From contig JAYWIR010000043.1 of the NCBI GenBank assembly GCA_036172245.1, positions 1-64,000 of the forward strand: 64,000 nucleotides of DNA. Reading direction: 5' to 3'. The position numbers were made by a program, and so were the translations under genes. The stretch comes from Raillietiella orientalis. Taxonomy: Eukaryota. Below the pieces are notes generated by a model. That model made no database searches and was not told the DNA's origin. It saw nothing but the letters and a program-made list of their open reading frames with translations. Below are positions 1 through 13,028 of the stretch, one piece after another. Numbering within the stretch: the stretch's first letter is position 1; every line of letters begins with the position of its first letter.

Positions 1-3000
1 CGAACGGATCTCCGGAGGGCGGCTATGGTACAGGTGTCGGAGAGCGAAAAGTTGCGGTGTCGCCTACCTGCTTCGGCCAGCCGTCGAGGCCGCGGCTCAG
101 GGCGTGCGGTTCGACGATCAAGGTCCTGTCGGCCAGCTGACTCTCAGGTGGTCCGACTCGATCGATCTGATCGTCACGAACGTGTACGCACCGAGCGGCA
201 GGGACCTGATGAACAGGAGGGCGAGAAAAGAGTTTTTCCTTGCCCTCCGGCGAGACTGGCTGACCAAAGCAGGCCTGCGTAATGCCCATCTGGTTGCAGG
301 CGATTTCAACGTTCGCGTAAAACCAGATGAGCAGAATCCCGAGCCTGACCTCGTCAAGGAGGTGTGCATGGCGGTGCACATCTGTAATCTGTTTTTCAGT
401 GCACCGGTAATGGAAGACAGCATTGACCACGTGTTTCTTGACGAGCACCTGTGCCCTCGCGTGGGCAGGCTCGGCAAGTTACCGTGCGAGCTGTCCGACC
501 ATCGCCCGCTAGTCCTCGAGATCCATCCGCGCGACAGGGGCCCCCCTTCGTCAGCGTGGCGTCTCCCAGGGGACTGGCTGAAGCTCCCGGACGCGGGGGA
601 ACATCTCCGCACGTTCATACGGAGCTTCAGCCTGCGAACACTCCAGGATTGGGACCCCTTCAAGCGGTCGGTCCAGGAGTTCTGCGACCAGTTCCCTCTG
701 CACCGCCTACCTACGGGTTTTGGGACCGGGGTACGTAACGAACGAGCCTACCTGCAGGCCCATCCTTACGCCAGGACTTCTGACATCCGCAGGATGTCGG
801 AATACAAAACGGGAGCCGAGAGGCAAGCCTGGCAGTCCGGATCGGCCAGCTTACTGGACGATCAAGGCCAGGAGCACTCCGCACCTGCCCAAATCCGCGG
901 CCTGCTGCGGAGTTACTACTCCTCCCTGTATGCCAGGGCACCTCCGGAGAGGAACGTCTCACGACTTTTGCTTCCGGAAGGCGCTTCAGCGTTCGAGGAG
1001 GAGCAGAGAAAAACCCTCGACGAGCCTTTCACGATGGACGATATCCTCTCGCCGATCGGGAAGCTCAAGACGCGAAACGTTCCAGGGGAGGACGGCCTGC
1101 CCGCGGAGTTTTATCAAACTTTCGTGGCTGAGCTTACCCCCCTGGTACAGGAACTCACCTTGTTGATACGCGAAACATGTGACGTTCCCGCCTCGTTTCG
1201 TTCGGCAAAGGTGCGGCTGCTCCCTAAGGGAGGAGTTCTGAGAAGCATGAACAACTGGCGTCCCATCACATTAGTGAATGCGGACGCCCAGCTGATTGCC
1301 AAGATGTGGGCAGAGCGTCTGGGACGAATTGCCAACATATTTATCAGCCCGGTGCAGACATGTGCTGTTCCCGGGCGAAGCATGGAGGCGAACCTGTTCC
1401 AGGCTTCCACCTGGCTAGAGCTCCAACATGAAAGGAGCTGGGTGCGCAGCCGGAATTCCGGTGCGTGCACTGGCAAGTGGTTGGATGGTCGGGTGGGGGA
1501 GGGAGCGCTTACGGTAGGAATCGACTTGCGAAAAGCATTCGATTGCGTCGACCAGAATCTCCTTCTGGAGCTTCTGGAACGCTAGGGCTTCCCGGGCTCA
1601 TTAGTGGCCTATCTGCGCTCCTGCTGGCTCGACGCGCTCATCAACGTTAGTTTCAGCGGGCAGACCGTGCACGGCGTGCCGGTGCGGCGTGGGATCCGGC
1701 AGGGAGACAGCCTGAGCCCCTCGCTCTTCAGTACCTACTTTGAGTTGGTACTGAGAGCGTACAGGGGAACTCTGGCGCACCTGCCGCACGACTGTGCCGG
1801 TACGCCGGCCGTTTCAGCATACGCGGACGACCTTCTGCTGCTGCTCCCTATGTGCACCCTGGTTGCGGCGGTCGAGGAGTTCTTCGACCTGCTGCATCGG
1901 GGAACCGGACTTACGGTTAACAGGGCGAAGTCGTCCGTGATGCCAGTTGGTGCGGCGTGGGCAGGGCAGCAGGACTGGGTCCGTTTGGGGATCCCCACGG
2001 TGAGGTACTTCACCCGTTGGTGCGTCCCTGCAGGTCTCCTTCTCCAGCAAGCCACCGGCAAGACGGGACTGACTTCGTTCCATGCACTGTGTCGCAGCTT
2101 CAACCGATACGGACTCCAGATACGGAGGGTGGCTGCGCTGTATCGTAATAACCCAGGATTGCTCACCTGTCGCTTTTTGAACGGTAGTGCCTGGTTGCAG
2201 GAAATTGTTCGGACGTGGGGACAGTTCATCATGCAACGCTCCCAACAGGAACGAAGTTTCCTGTTTAGGGGTTACAGAAGTTGCACGCTCCGTGAGATCC
2301 TGGAGGATCCAAAGAAGAGAGCGTGGGCAGGAACAACACCCCTCGCTGCTGCGCTGCTCTCCCTGATGGAAGATCTTGACAGCGATGTTGCGGCGAAGTG
2401 GGTGGTTTCAGTTACAATCTCCGGAAAGGAGAAGAAGATAGGAGAGTGGAAGACGGGCCAGTTAACAGACGCTGCGTCCCCGAGTACGCCTCCCAATGTA
2501 CTTCTGCGCTGGGGCGCGCTGCTCGATGTTCCCATTGAACATCTGAAGTGGCCCCCGGTGCTCATGAACACTTCCGCCCTCCCCTTAAATATTCAGGAGC
2601 CGGCTCTGCAGTTGCAGCACTGGGGACTCCCTTGCAACGCCCGCCGATACCACTGGAACTGGGATGCGGTGGACCGCAATTGCGTCAGGTGTGGGGAACG
2701 GGAGTCCCATCCCCAGCTGCTAGTGGATTGTGTTGCCCTTTGGCCCATTTAATTTCGCTTTGCCGCGTCCATCGGAATCCCCTGCAACAACCGCAGGGAC
2801 GCACTGAAATCTCTCTTCGTTGCCGACGCCCTTCGGCCAGCGGCCTTGTTAGCAGCTTTGTGCTGCCTACGCGGGATCGTCACCGCTTGGAGCAAGGCTA
2901 CAAGAGGACAACGCGACCAGGGTGCCCTCCAGCCAGCCTCCTTGTTCCTGAGAAGGGCGTCCCGATGGCCTACCTGGATCCAGGAATACAGAAGGAGCTT

Positions 3001-3263
3001 GCCGGCATCCTGCAAAGGATGCAACGGCCCCACCAGCAACTGTGAACCCTTCCCTTACCCTCGCAACTTTTCTTTTCTTTTTTGTTTTGTATTTTATTTT
3101 TCTTCCTTCCTTCTGCTTCCGTGGTGAACCGTACCGGTCTGCGAACCGGTGACTCGGCAGGCTCTGTGTTTCTCCGTGCGTGGCTTGAGCAATGGTCCAG
3201 CCAATGAACGTCTTTAGAAATGTTTGTTTTTATAATAATGCCCCGGCGAGATCCGGGTGGAAA
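1..3263 (+). mobile_element. L1/Tx1-type non-LTR retrotransposon, family B; 5' part lies outside the window, ORF2 disrupted
   Basis: APE motifs (VTNVYAP, AGDFN, IDH, SDH), RT motifs (WRPITL, DLRKAFD, QGDSLSP, YADD) and CVRC-x7-Q-x4-C. Stops at 1583-1585 and 2750-2752, internal deletion near 2012. 3' hairpin CCCGG-N6-CCGGG at 3242-3257. Confidence 0.92.
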
Positions 3264-6200
3264 TCGAACGCCTTGTTGAGATCGACCGCGACCGCCAAGG
3301 CACCTGGCGTTCCCTCCTGCCGTCGGCGCCTGTTCTTATTGCCTGCGGCAGTGGCTTTCGCAGCAGCCTGGCTTTGCTGCGCCACAACTTCCTGCAGCTG
3401 CATCCATGCACTCGCGAAAAGGATGTTAGCCTCCGTGGATCTTCCCGGAACCGCGTAGGTTTGTTCCGGGCTCACCACGGATTCGGCGATACTTCCTAAC
3501 TGCACGACCCATAGCCTGAAAAACAACTTGACGTACGAGTTCACCAAGGTGATCGGACGCCAGTTGTCAAGTTCACGCAAGTCTCCGCCTTTCGGCAGGA
3601 GACGCACCTTCGCTGAGCGGAAGGAATCCGGGACATTCCCGGATTCACTCATCAGCGTCCCGAGTCTGAGCATCAAGGAAATGAGCTCCACTGCAAAGCA
3701 CTGATAAAACCCTGCAGGGAGCCCATCCTCGCCTGGCGCCTTTCGTCTCTCCAGCCCAGCAATGGCGGACGAAAATTCATCCGCCGTGAAGGGCTCGTTG
3801 AGACGTTCGCGTTCCTCCTCGCCGACAACACGAGCATCCTGACACAGGAGTATCTCAAAGAGAATATCTTCCGTCGGGGATTCCGCGTACAGAGAGGAGT
3901 AGTAGCGTCTCACAATGCGGCGTACTTCGGCTGGGGCCGAACATTCCTGGCCCTTGTCGTCCAACAGGCATGCTGCTCCGGACTGCGAGACCTGGCGCTC
4001 GGCCCTCGCCTTGTACTCTGCGAGACGCCCGACATCGGCGCGTCTCGAAAACGTGCGGGCCTGCAGAAAGTCTCTACTGTTGGCCACGCCCTCTTCGAAA
4101 CCGCGTGGAAGCCGGTGCAAGGGGAATTGGCAGCAGAACTCGCGAACAGATCTTTTGAGATCGTCCCAGTCCGCAGGTTCTTGAATGGCAAAGCCTCAAA
4201 GGTGTTTACGTAGATGCTCCGTAGCCTCCGGTTGGCTACGGTAATCCGCCTGCATCCTCCAGTTTTGCAACGGAGGCCCCCTGCCTGGCGGAAGGATCTC
4301 AAACTCCAACTTGTGGTGGTCAGAAAGTCTAGTCAAAAATCTTCCTCTCCTATCCACACGCGAATGCAGGTTTTCATCGAGGAAAACGTGATCGAGCGAT
4401 CTTCCCATCCCAGGTTCGCTGACCATCAAGTTGGCGGCGTGCACGGACGCGCACATCTCGATGGGCAGCGCGCGCTCCCTCGGGCGGCTCCAAGGGTCGG
4501 AGAGCAGGCGGACGTTGAAGTCCCCAGCGACGATGTGCGCCACTGGGAAGGCGGAGTTGTTGAGCTAGTGGCTCTGCACCTCACCAAAGAAAGCTACTCC
4601 TTCTTCAAGGTAGCGAGAGCCACTCGGCGCGTAGACGTTTGTAACAACGAGAACGATGGATTCGGATCACTTAATGACAAGTTGGCCTATCCGTCCGTTG
4701 TCATCGAAACGAACACTATGCATCGCTTCCGCCATTTTTTCTCTGATGAGGAACGCGACGCCGCACGTGTGTGCGCCGCCGCACCGCCAATATAGCGTTC
4801 TGCCTGCGCGCTGCTCCATTTCGGCTGTCTGCTTGTCGGAGATTACGTGAATCTCCTGCAGGAGCGCGAGGTCGAAGGGGCGCAGGGCGTTGGCTACTAA
4901 TCGCCTCTTCTCGTCGTTCTGTAGTTCGTTCACGTTCCAACACGTTACGGACAGACGACGAGAATACGCGATTCCCCGCATTACTGCTGGGAAGGTGGCT
5001 GCTTTTTGGTCGCTCTATGCGGCGAGCAGACGGCGAGCAGCACGACTGGCTGGAGTTGACGGTCGCCACCGCCCTCCGTCGTGCTGCATGCATGTAATGC
5101 CTCCACGCCAGGCTTAACCCCGTCCGGTTTCGTGGAGACTTCGCGTTGCTCCGCGGCGAGCGTTGCCTGGCTGCCTACTTCTGATCGGCGCCCACACTCT
5201 TTTGAACGAGTTGTCCTCGTCTCGGTGATCGGAACGGCATCCATTTCAGAGTCCGACCGGCGCATGTTCGATCGGGTTTCGGCCTTCCGCGAAGTAGTGA
5301 CAGGTTCTGCCGGATTGACAGCTGTCCTGCTGTCGTATTCCGTCACCAGAGCATCGCTTTTGGTGACGGCTGCTTTCCCGGCGCGCGCGTTCTCAGCGTG
5401 CTCAAGCGCAGTTGCACGAGGGACCTTTGCTGAAGTCTTCTTTACTTCATTACGGTTCCTCACTTCGCGTGGCGCCGTAAATGGAGATTGTGCTCTATTG
5501 CCATCTTTGAAGCCATTTTTGTTTTTGAACGATTGTACTTCCGATGGCTCCGACACGCTCGTCATGGGCGCTGCCTTCGGAAGGGCTTTCAATCCCTTCG
5601 TTTGCATGGTATCCGCGCCAGTCGAGAGCTTGTTCTCCCACTGAGACAGCTTGAGATGTTCCTCCGCTTTCGCGGTGTTGGACCGCGACGCGGATTTTAT
5701 TTTGCCGACTTTCGAAGTCGTCACGGCACAACTCTTCTCAGCGGATTCAAGCTTCTCAGCCGTTGCAGGATGAGAAGGAATGGATCTGACGGTACTGAAA
5801 GTGTCCTTTCCGCCGTTGTCCATTGGCGTCCCCGCCGGTTGCTCGAACTCCGAGAGAGCCGGGCGTGCTTGGGAACGACCGCCATTGCGCCTAAGAGGAC
5901 TTTTTCTTGCTCCAAATTCCCCGCACCCTTTCTTTTGCGGCTCCCCTGTTGCGACAGGGGTCGCGCAGGGCTTCGCGTGCGAGGCTTCTTGCTGCTTTGG
6001 GGCGACATTCCGCCTCGCATTTTCACGGAATTTCTGTCATGGTATCTCCGAGTTTTTCGCGGGTTTTTTCTTTTTTTCCGCGCTTTGTTCTTTGAGATGG
6101 AGCTCCGCAACTGCCTTTTTTCGCAAAAGATATGGGCAATTTTTCAATTGGTGGACGAAAAGATTGCAATAACGGCATTTTGCGGAGGGGCATTTATCCA

Positions 6201-6983
6201 AACAAGGCCCCTCCTTCCCGCATTGCTCGCACGTTCTTACTTTGCCAACGAACCTGAGGTGAACGACCGTGTCTTTCACCTGTAGTTTGGTAATCAGCAG
6301 ACGGCGGTCCGGAATTGTAAGCCGTACTCCAGCGACTCCGCTGTGTATGGACGGGATGTCCTTGAAGTTGCTACGCACCCTCCACAGCGCATGGACCGTT
6401 GCGAATGTTGCCAACGCGTTCCAAATATCAATGTCGGAGATTTTCGACTGGATGTCGAAAATCTCCGCCACAAATGAGTCGTCCATGGCGGCTGCGAAGG
6501 CCTTCTGGCCACGTATCGACAACGGGTTGAGCAGCAAGCGTTCCGCAAGTGCAGCGTCATTGCAACTCACTTTGTGATAGCCCATATCTTTTACGGGCAT
6601 AATGGCGAGTAGGTCCTCCTCCCGCACGCCAAAACGGGTCAGTTCATCGTTGACCTTCTTCCCGTCTAGCGCAGAAAGAAAACCACTCACCTTATATCAA
6701 AGAGCAGGTCTATAGCCTTGGGCTACGTATGCTTGCAACTCAGACTCGTCGGGTGGTCCTCCTTTGACGGCTGCTGTGGCAGCGACGTCAGCGAAACTCC
6801 TTTCCATTGGCGAGGCAGACGAAGAAAAGGCTGCAGTCGGTTCCGTGATTGCAGATCCGGACGGAATACCTCCAACTTCAGTAGCCTCGCGTTTTGTCGA
6901 CATTTTCGTCAAAATGCACGACAACAAGATGAAGGGGATGAAAGCACGGAGACGAGAGCGAAGAAAAACACGCCAGTACTCGA
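3264..6983 (-). mobile_element. Family A element: 5' end, disrupted ORF1 (6903-4981) and ORF2 up to the KAFD motif
   Basis: Closely matches the copies at 49932-64000. TAATG overlap at 4983-4979. Cut off at AVDLNKAFD by the element at 1-3263. Confidence 0.92.
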
Positions 6984-7156
6984 TTAAAGTCTCCCGCTAT
7001 CAGGTGCGCCCGCCGAAAGCCTGCTTCGGCCAACAAGTCTCGCCGCAGGGCTTCAAAGAACGCAGTGCGTTCTCCGCGCCTGTGGCTGCTGTAGTGCGCG
7101 TATACGTTCGTGACCACGAGATCGATCGACACGGACCACTTGAGAACAAGTTGCAT
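6984..7156 (-). mobile_element. APE endonuclease fragment of a host element, ending at GDFN
   Basis: Translates as KWSVSIDLVVTNVYAH...AHLIAGDFN, followed directly by the family A 5' end. Confidence 0.85.
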
Positions 7157-8930
7157 AGCTCCACCTTCCTCGTAGACTCGGAGACTTCTTCGATCTGCTC
7201 AGCCGCGGAACCGGACTGCAGATTTACAGGGCGTAGTCGTCGGTGGTGCCAGTAGGTGCGGCGTGGGCAGAGCAGGGGTACTGGGTCCGTCTACGGATCC
7301 CCATGGCGGGGTCCTTCAAGAACCTTGGTGTGCCGTTGGGGGAATACTCCCCTGCGGAAGCGTGCTCCGGCTGCCTCCAGAAAGTCGAGACGGCGATCGG
7401 CCCGTTCCTGGAAGGCAAGTTTCATTTGCCGGAACGGGCCGCGGTTTGGAACGTCTTCGCGGCGCCCATCCTCCGTTCCTTGCTTTTTTTTGGCCCCCCC
7501 ACTGTGGAATCTAAGAAGAGGACGAAGGACCTCCTTCGTATCGCCCTTTGGAGCGAAGAGAGGCGTCGAGTCCCTTTGAAGGACTTGTGCGCTCCGCGTC
7601 GTGACGGTGGTCTTGGCCTTCTGACGCTGGAGCGCGTGGAGAAGCAGCGGCGTTGACGAACCTTCGCCATCGCAGCGAAGATGTGGAGCACCCCTTGGTG
7701 CACTCTGGCCCGCCTCCTGGCCAGCGATGTGTCCCAGTGCTATGGACTCGCGTCTTTTCTTCTGAGCCGTGGCCGGAAGATGTGAAGTTGCGGCCTTCTG
7801 CTCGAGCGCATGGCACCATTGGCTAAGGAGAACAGCTGGATGGTTTGCTGCCCCGCCAATTTCCCCGCCTGGTTGGAGAAGATTAGTGGAACTTTGGCAG
7901 TGGTAAACCAGCGGAGCCACGAGACGTGGAATCGTCTCCGATGCAGCCCCTTCGCCTGCTGCACGCTGCGGAATTTCCTGTAGAATGCAGCAAGAAGCAC
8001 GTGGGCAGAGACTACCTGCCTAGCTACGGCGGTGGCCTTCCTGAGGAGGGCACTTAACAGCAGCCGGACGCCAAGGTGGCAAGTCTCCTGCGGCATCGAG
8101 GGACGGGACAAGATTAGCTGCTGGACAACAGGAGAAATAGCAGACGCCACGACCTCGAGCGTCCAGCCGCGAGGATTATCAAGATGGGGCGAGCTCCTCG
8201 CCATCCCAAAGGATGAACTGAAGTGGCACTCGGTGATGAAAGAATCCGGGATCCTGCCCCTCAATTGGCAAGAGTCGGCGTTGCTCCTCTTGCACTGGGG
8301 TCTACCCTGCAACGCGCGCCGCTTCCACTATACGAGGGGAGCTGTGGATCCTTTGTGTATCAGGTGCGGAGAGCGGGAATCGCTCTCCCACCTTATTGTG
8401 GACTGTGCTGCCCTTCGTCCCCTTTAGGAACGGTTTGGGACGACCCTCGGTCTCCATACGGGCAGTTCCCCTAGAGACGTTCTTCGGTCCCTCTTCGTGA
8501 AGGACGCCCTGCAGCCAGCCGCAGCCATCGCAGCCTTGTGCTACGTCCGTGGCATCGTGACGGCATGGAGCGACGCCAACATCGAAGGAGTGGTTCCACC
8601 CCCGAGGGATGTCATCGCATATGCCCAACGCTTCTTGCAAAGAGCTGCCGGATGGCCATAACTGGTGAATATGCGGATGGACTTCGAGTGCTTCTTTCAA
8701 CGGATGAGACCTACTCACAGCGAATAGTGATCCCTTCCCTGCCCTCCAACTTCTTTTTGTTCGTTTATTTTTTAATTTTTTATTTGTTTTATCCCCATCC
8801 CCCTTCGCTGTCGTGGAGTGTCACGCCGGGCTACGTACCGTTGTCGCGACAGGTCCTGTGTTTACGGCCGTGGTGGGACCTCATACCACACATGTAGAGT
8901 TTAAAAGCTCTGAGCGTTCCCGTGTGATAA
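7157..8930 (+). mobile_element. 5'-truncated L1/Tx1 element (family D): ORF2 C-terminal half and 3' UTR
   Basis: FKNLGVPLG, DLCAPRRDGGLGL and CIRCGERESLSHLIVDC, then a T-rich UTR and a degenerate GTGATAA end. Confidence 0.85.
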
Positions 8931-10170
8931 CGCCGAAACCAGGAGGGAGACGGTTCAGGGGAAACTGGTCGCAGAACTCGCGGACTGAGCTCTTTAAGTC
9001 GTTCAAGTCCGTTAGCGCCTTCAGATGAAATCTTTGCAGGAACTAGCGAAGATGTTGGGCTGCTCCTGCGAGACGCAACCAGTCCCCTGGTAAACGCCAC
9101 GCTGTGGAGGGTGGACCTCTACCACGCAAGTGTATTTCTAGCACGATCCGGGGATGGTCGGAAGGTTCGGATGGCACTGCCCCTCGATTTCCTACCTGCG
9201 AACACAGGTAGTTGTCGAGGAACATGTGGTCGATCCTCGTCTCCGTCCCGGCGTTACCGACCAACAAGTTGCGCGCGTGCATGGCAGCGCACATCTCGTT
9301 GACCAGCTGTGCGCGAATGTCGGGCGCAGCTGCCAGCAGGCGGACGTTAAAGTCCACGGCAATGGGGTGCGCCTTTTGCATGTTTGCTCCGGCCAGCCAA
9401 TTTGGCCGCAGGCTTTCGAAGAACGCAGTGCGTTCCCCGCGCCTGTGGCTCGTGCCGGGCGCATAGACGTTGGTCACGACGATGTCGATCGTGTCGGAGC
9501 ACTTGGCAACAAGCTGCCCGATTTGACCTTCCCCGTCGAAGTGCACCTCGCGCAGCGCATTAACGACGGCTGGCTTGAGCATGAAAGCAACACCGCGGGT
9601 GCGGTCACTCCCGTTTTGGTATATGAGCCGCCCGCCTGCGATCCGTTCGATTTTTTGGGCCTCCACTGCGTGGAGCACGTGCGTCTCCTGCAGAAGCGCC
9701 AGGTAGAAGTCCCGCAGGCTGGCGGCCACTTCTCTCCTCTTGCCGTCGTCGCGCAATCCGTTGACGTTCCAACAGATTACGCGCAGTCGCCAGCAGGAGG
9801 AGAGTCCACGCGTTGGTGTGTTTATGGTGTTTGCTTACCGTCCTTTGCCTCCTGATCAGCATGCGGGGGTTGTGTTTCCATTGCGACGGGCTATTCCTCG
9901 CAAGGAGGTGGTCCGTCGGTGGTTGTGGTGGTCGTTGGAGGATCCTGCTTGGCCAAGGCCGCCTCCGGCGAGGAGTCGCGAGACCTCGCGGACATCGCCT
10001 CTCCGTCGTGGTGGTCCGACCGCATTTCCTCCTCCGCCGGTAGATTTGCGGAGCGCCGCAGGTTGCCTACCTTGCGGCCCTCTTTGCGCTTCGGGAGAAC
10101 GACAGCCGTATCGTTGCCTGATTCGGCTTCCGACTCGGAAGTTTCAGGTCCTTCCGCCTTAGCAGGGTGC
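8931..10170 (-). mobile_element. L1/Tx1 fragment: ORF1 tail, APE domain and start of the linker
   Basis: ORF 9043-9756 has LLQETH, VTNVYAP, DFN, IDH and SDH. The fragment ends at QFPLNRLPPGFG. Confidence 0.85.
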
Positions 10171-13028
10171 GCGGCGGATAGTCAGGCGCTATTACTTTTC
10201 TCTGTATGCAGAGGCACCAATGGAGCGCATTCTGTCCGAGCTGCTTCTGCCGATTGATGAACCTGTTGTAGGCGATTAGGAAAGCGCGGGTCTCGATGAG
10301 CCCTTCACGGCAGAGGAAATTTCCTCGGCCATCTCGGGGCTCAAGAGACAAAAAGCGCCATGAGAGGAAGGACTCCCCGGAGAATTCTTCCAGTGCTTTG
10401 CGGCTGAGCACTGTCGTCCAACTCTCGTCGCTGACGCGAGACGCGGGCGATGTCCCCGCCTCGTTTCGCTCGGCAAAGGTGCGTCTCCTGCCGGAAGGCA
10501 GATAGTTGCGCCAACTGAACAATTGGCGTCCGATCACATTAGTGGATTCGGACTTCAAGTTGTTCTCGAAACTTTGGATGGCGCGGATGGGAAGTATCGC
10601 GTAGTCTTTGGTAAGTTTGAAGCAGACCTACGCTGTTCCTGGAAGGTATGTGGACGCGAACCTCTTATTTATCTGCACATGGCTGCAATTGCAGCATCGC
10701 GTGGCGATGGATAGTCGTGCGGAAGCGACGCCTTCGGTCTCTCACCGACGGAGGCGCAAGTCGCAAAGGGAAACCCCGGGAGCCTTGGCGGTTGCAGTAG
10801 ATTTGCACAAAGCTTTCGATTGCGTGAACCAAAAGCTTCTTCTTGAGTTTTTGGAACGTCTGGGTCTCCAGGCATCCTTGTTGGCGTACTTGCGCTCCTG
10901 CTGGCGCCACGCGATTACATCCATTCTTTTCAGTGGCTTTCGCGTGTACAGCGTGCCGGTTAGACGAGGAATTAGGCAGGGCGATAACTTAAGCCCGCTG
11001 CTCTTTAGCATCTATTTTGAAATGGTACTGGAGGCTTACAGGCTGACGCTGGCCAACCTGCCGAGCTCCAGTCCAGGTACGCTGGCCGTGGCAGCCTATG
11101 CCGACGACCTGCTTCTCCTGTTGCCCATGTCCATCCCGGCAGCGTCCCTCGAAGATTTCTTTGAGTTGATCCGTTGCGGTGAGGGTGTGAGCGCCAACAG
11201 GAGCAAGTGCATGGTGGTTCCGGTTGGAGTGACGTGGGAGGGGCAGTCCGACTGGATACGCCTGGGGATCCCCACGGGCAGGTACCCAAGGTACTTTCGC
11301 GTGCCGTTGGGCGAATTCTGCAACTCAGATGCATGGTATGACCGCCTTCGGAAGGCAGAGCGTGCACTTGGCCCGTTCTCAGGAGGAGAGTTCGTCTTGC
11401 CGGAACGGGCCAGCATCTGGAACACCTTCGTTGCCTTCCTCCTCTGCCCCCTGTTTTTTGTTTGTCCATTCCCTCCAAGAAGTCAAACTCTGGGCGCAGC
11501 GCCTTCTACGCAAAACGTTGTGGGGCGCTGCAAGATCCCGCATAAGGCTTAAAGACTTGGTGGCGCCGCGTCAGGATGCAGGCTTGGGCATCCTAGACTT
11601 AAAAAGCATCGAGCTGCAGGTGCAGTTCCGAATGCTGCGGCTCTGTGCCAAGCTGTAGTGTACGCAGTGGTGATTACCCGCACGACTTATACTAAGGCGC
11701 AGCACAGGAAGCGAGAAAATGCTTTCGTTGCTGCCCCACTTACGGCACACCAGAATTGGGTTTTGCTTCTTGCTGCGGCAGCTGTCCTCACTGCTGGAAG
11801 CCCAATGTTGGATCTCGTGCCGCCCCATGAACATGAATGCATGGCGGCAGGAATCTTTTTCATCGTGGGCAGCTTCCAAAGGAACGCGTTTGGAAGATCT
11901 TCAGCGCCTGTGACTTCTCCTCAATCATCCAATGGACGAAGTCATGCAGGACAAGAAGTCGGATCGTCTGGCCGCCACACCACTCGCTGCAGCGCTTTCT
12001 GCCCTCAGGGCAAGCAAGGACAGTTGCCTACTGGCAAAATGGGAGTTCTCCTGCTCAATAGCGGCAGTCAGTAAGCTCCTCGGCTGCTGGACGACAAAGG
12101 AGCTGGTGGAAACTGCCACTCCTCGTAATCGGGCGAAGGGCCTGCTTCGGTGGAGTGAACATTTAAGTGTACCCCCCGAAGAGATAGTGTTCCCCCCCGT
12201 TTGTTTAGACAGCTCCGTGTTCCCCCTTAAGTGGAAACAAGATGTGCTGCTCTTTTTACATTGTGCATTACACTGTAATAGGCAGCGAAGCATCGTTTCC
12301 GAGGGAGCTGCTTTGCCAAACTGTTTGAAGTGCGGAGAGATCGAGTCTTTTCTGCACCTCTTGCTGGACTGCGGTGACCTCCGTGAAATGTGGTGAAGGC
12401 TGATGTCAGCCATCCTGCCGCATGGAGGCACTGCCATTGATGTGCTGCGACGCTTCTACAGTAGGAATGGATTTTCGGTAGGCGCTATTGTCCCAACCAT
12501 GTGTTGCGTTCGCGCTATCGTCAAGGCCCGCTACGCCCTGGGGTTGTCAGCGCAGCGAAAGAAGGCTCACCAGTTTGCAGCAGAATCCATGAGAAAGGCT
12601 TCTAGGTTGCTTCATCTTCGTGCCGATGTGAAAGTGGACATCGCGGGCATCTATCGCCGGCTTAGAGACTTTTAAGAACGGCGTAAACCGTCGACCACTT
12701 CCACCTGTAGCTCACCCATACCCCTTCACCGCTCGCTCTGCTTAAATGCTGGTGCCATCACTTTTATCCCGGTGCGAACCAGAGCGATCCCAAAGGCTCT
12801 TGTTCCGGCGTCCCCCATTGATTTCTTTTTCTTTTGTTTTTGTTTGTTTGTATTCCCTGTCCCGACACACCGTTCCCAAGACTGTTATTCTGGCCTGCGT
12901 GCCAGCAATTTTATCTTGATCCTTGTACAGTCGTCGGTTGGGAGCATGTTTATCAACTGGTTTATTTTAAATAATTGTTTTTTTTTTATGTTATATAAAA
13001 TAAACTCCCCGTTATGACCGGGTGAGAA
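10171..13028 (+). mobile_element. 5'-truncated L1/Tx1 element related to family A
   Basis: DLHKAFD, QGDNLSP, YADD and CLKCGEIESFLHLLLDC, with frameshifts. 3' hairpin motif at about 13000-13029. Confidence 0.88.
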
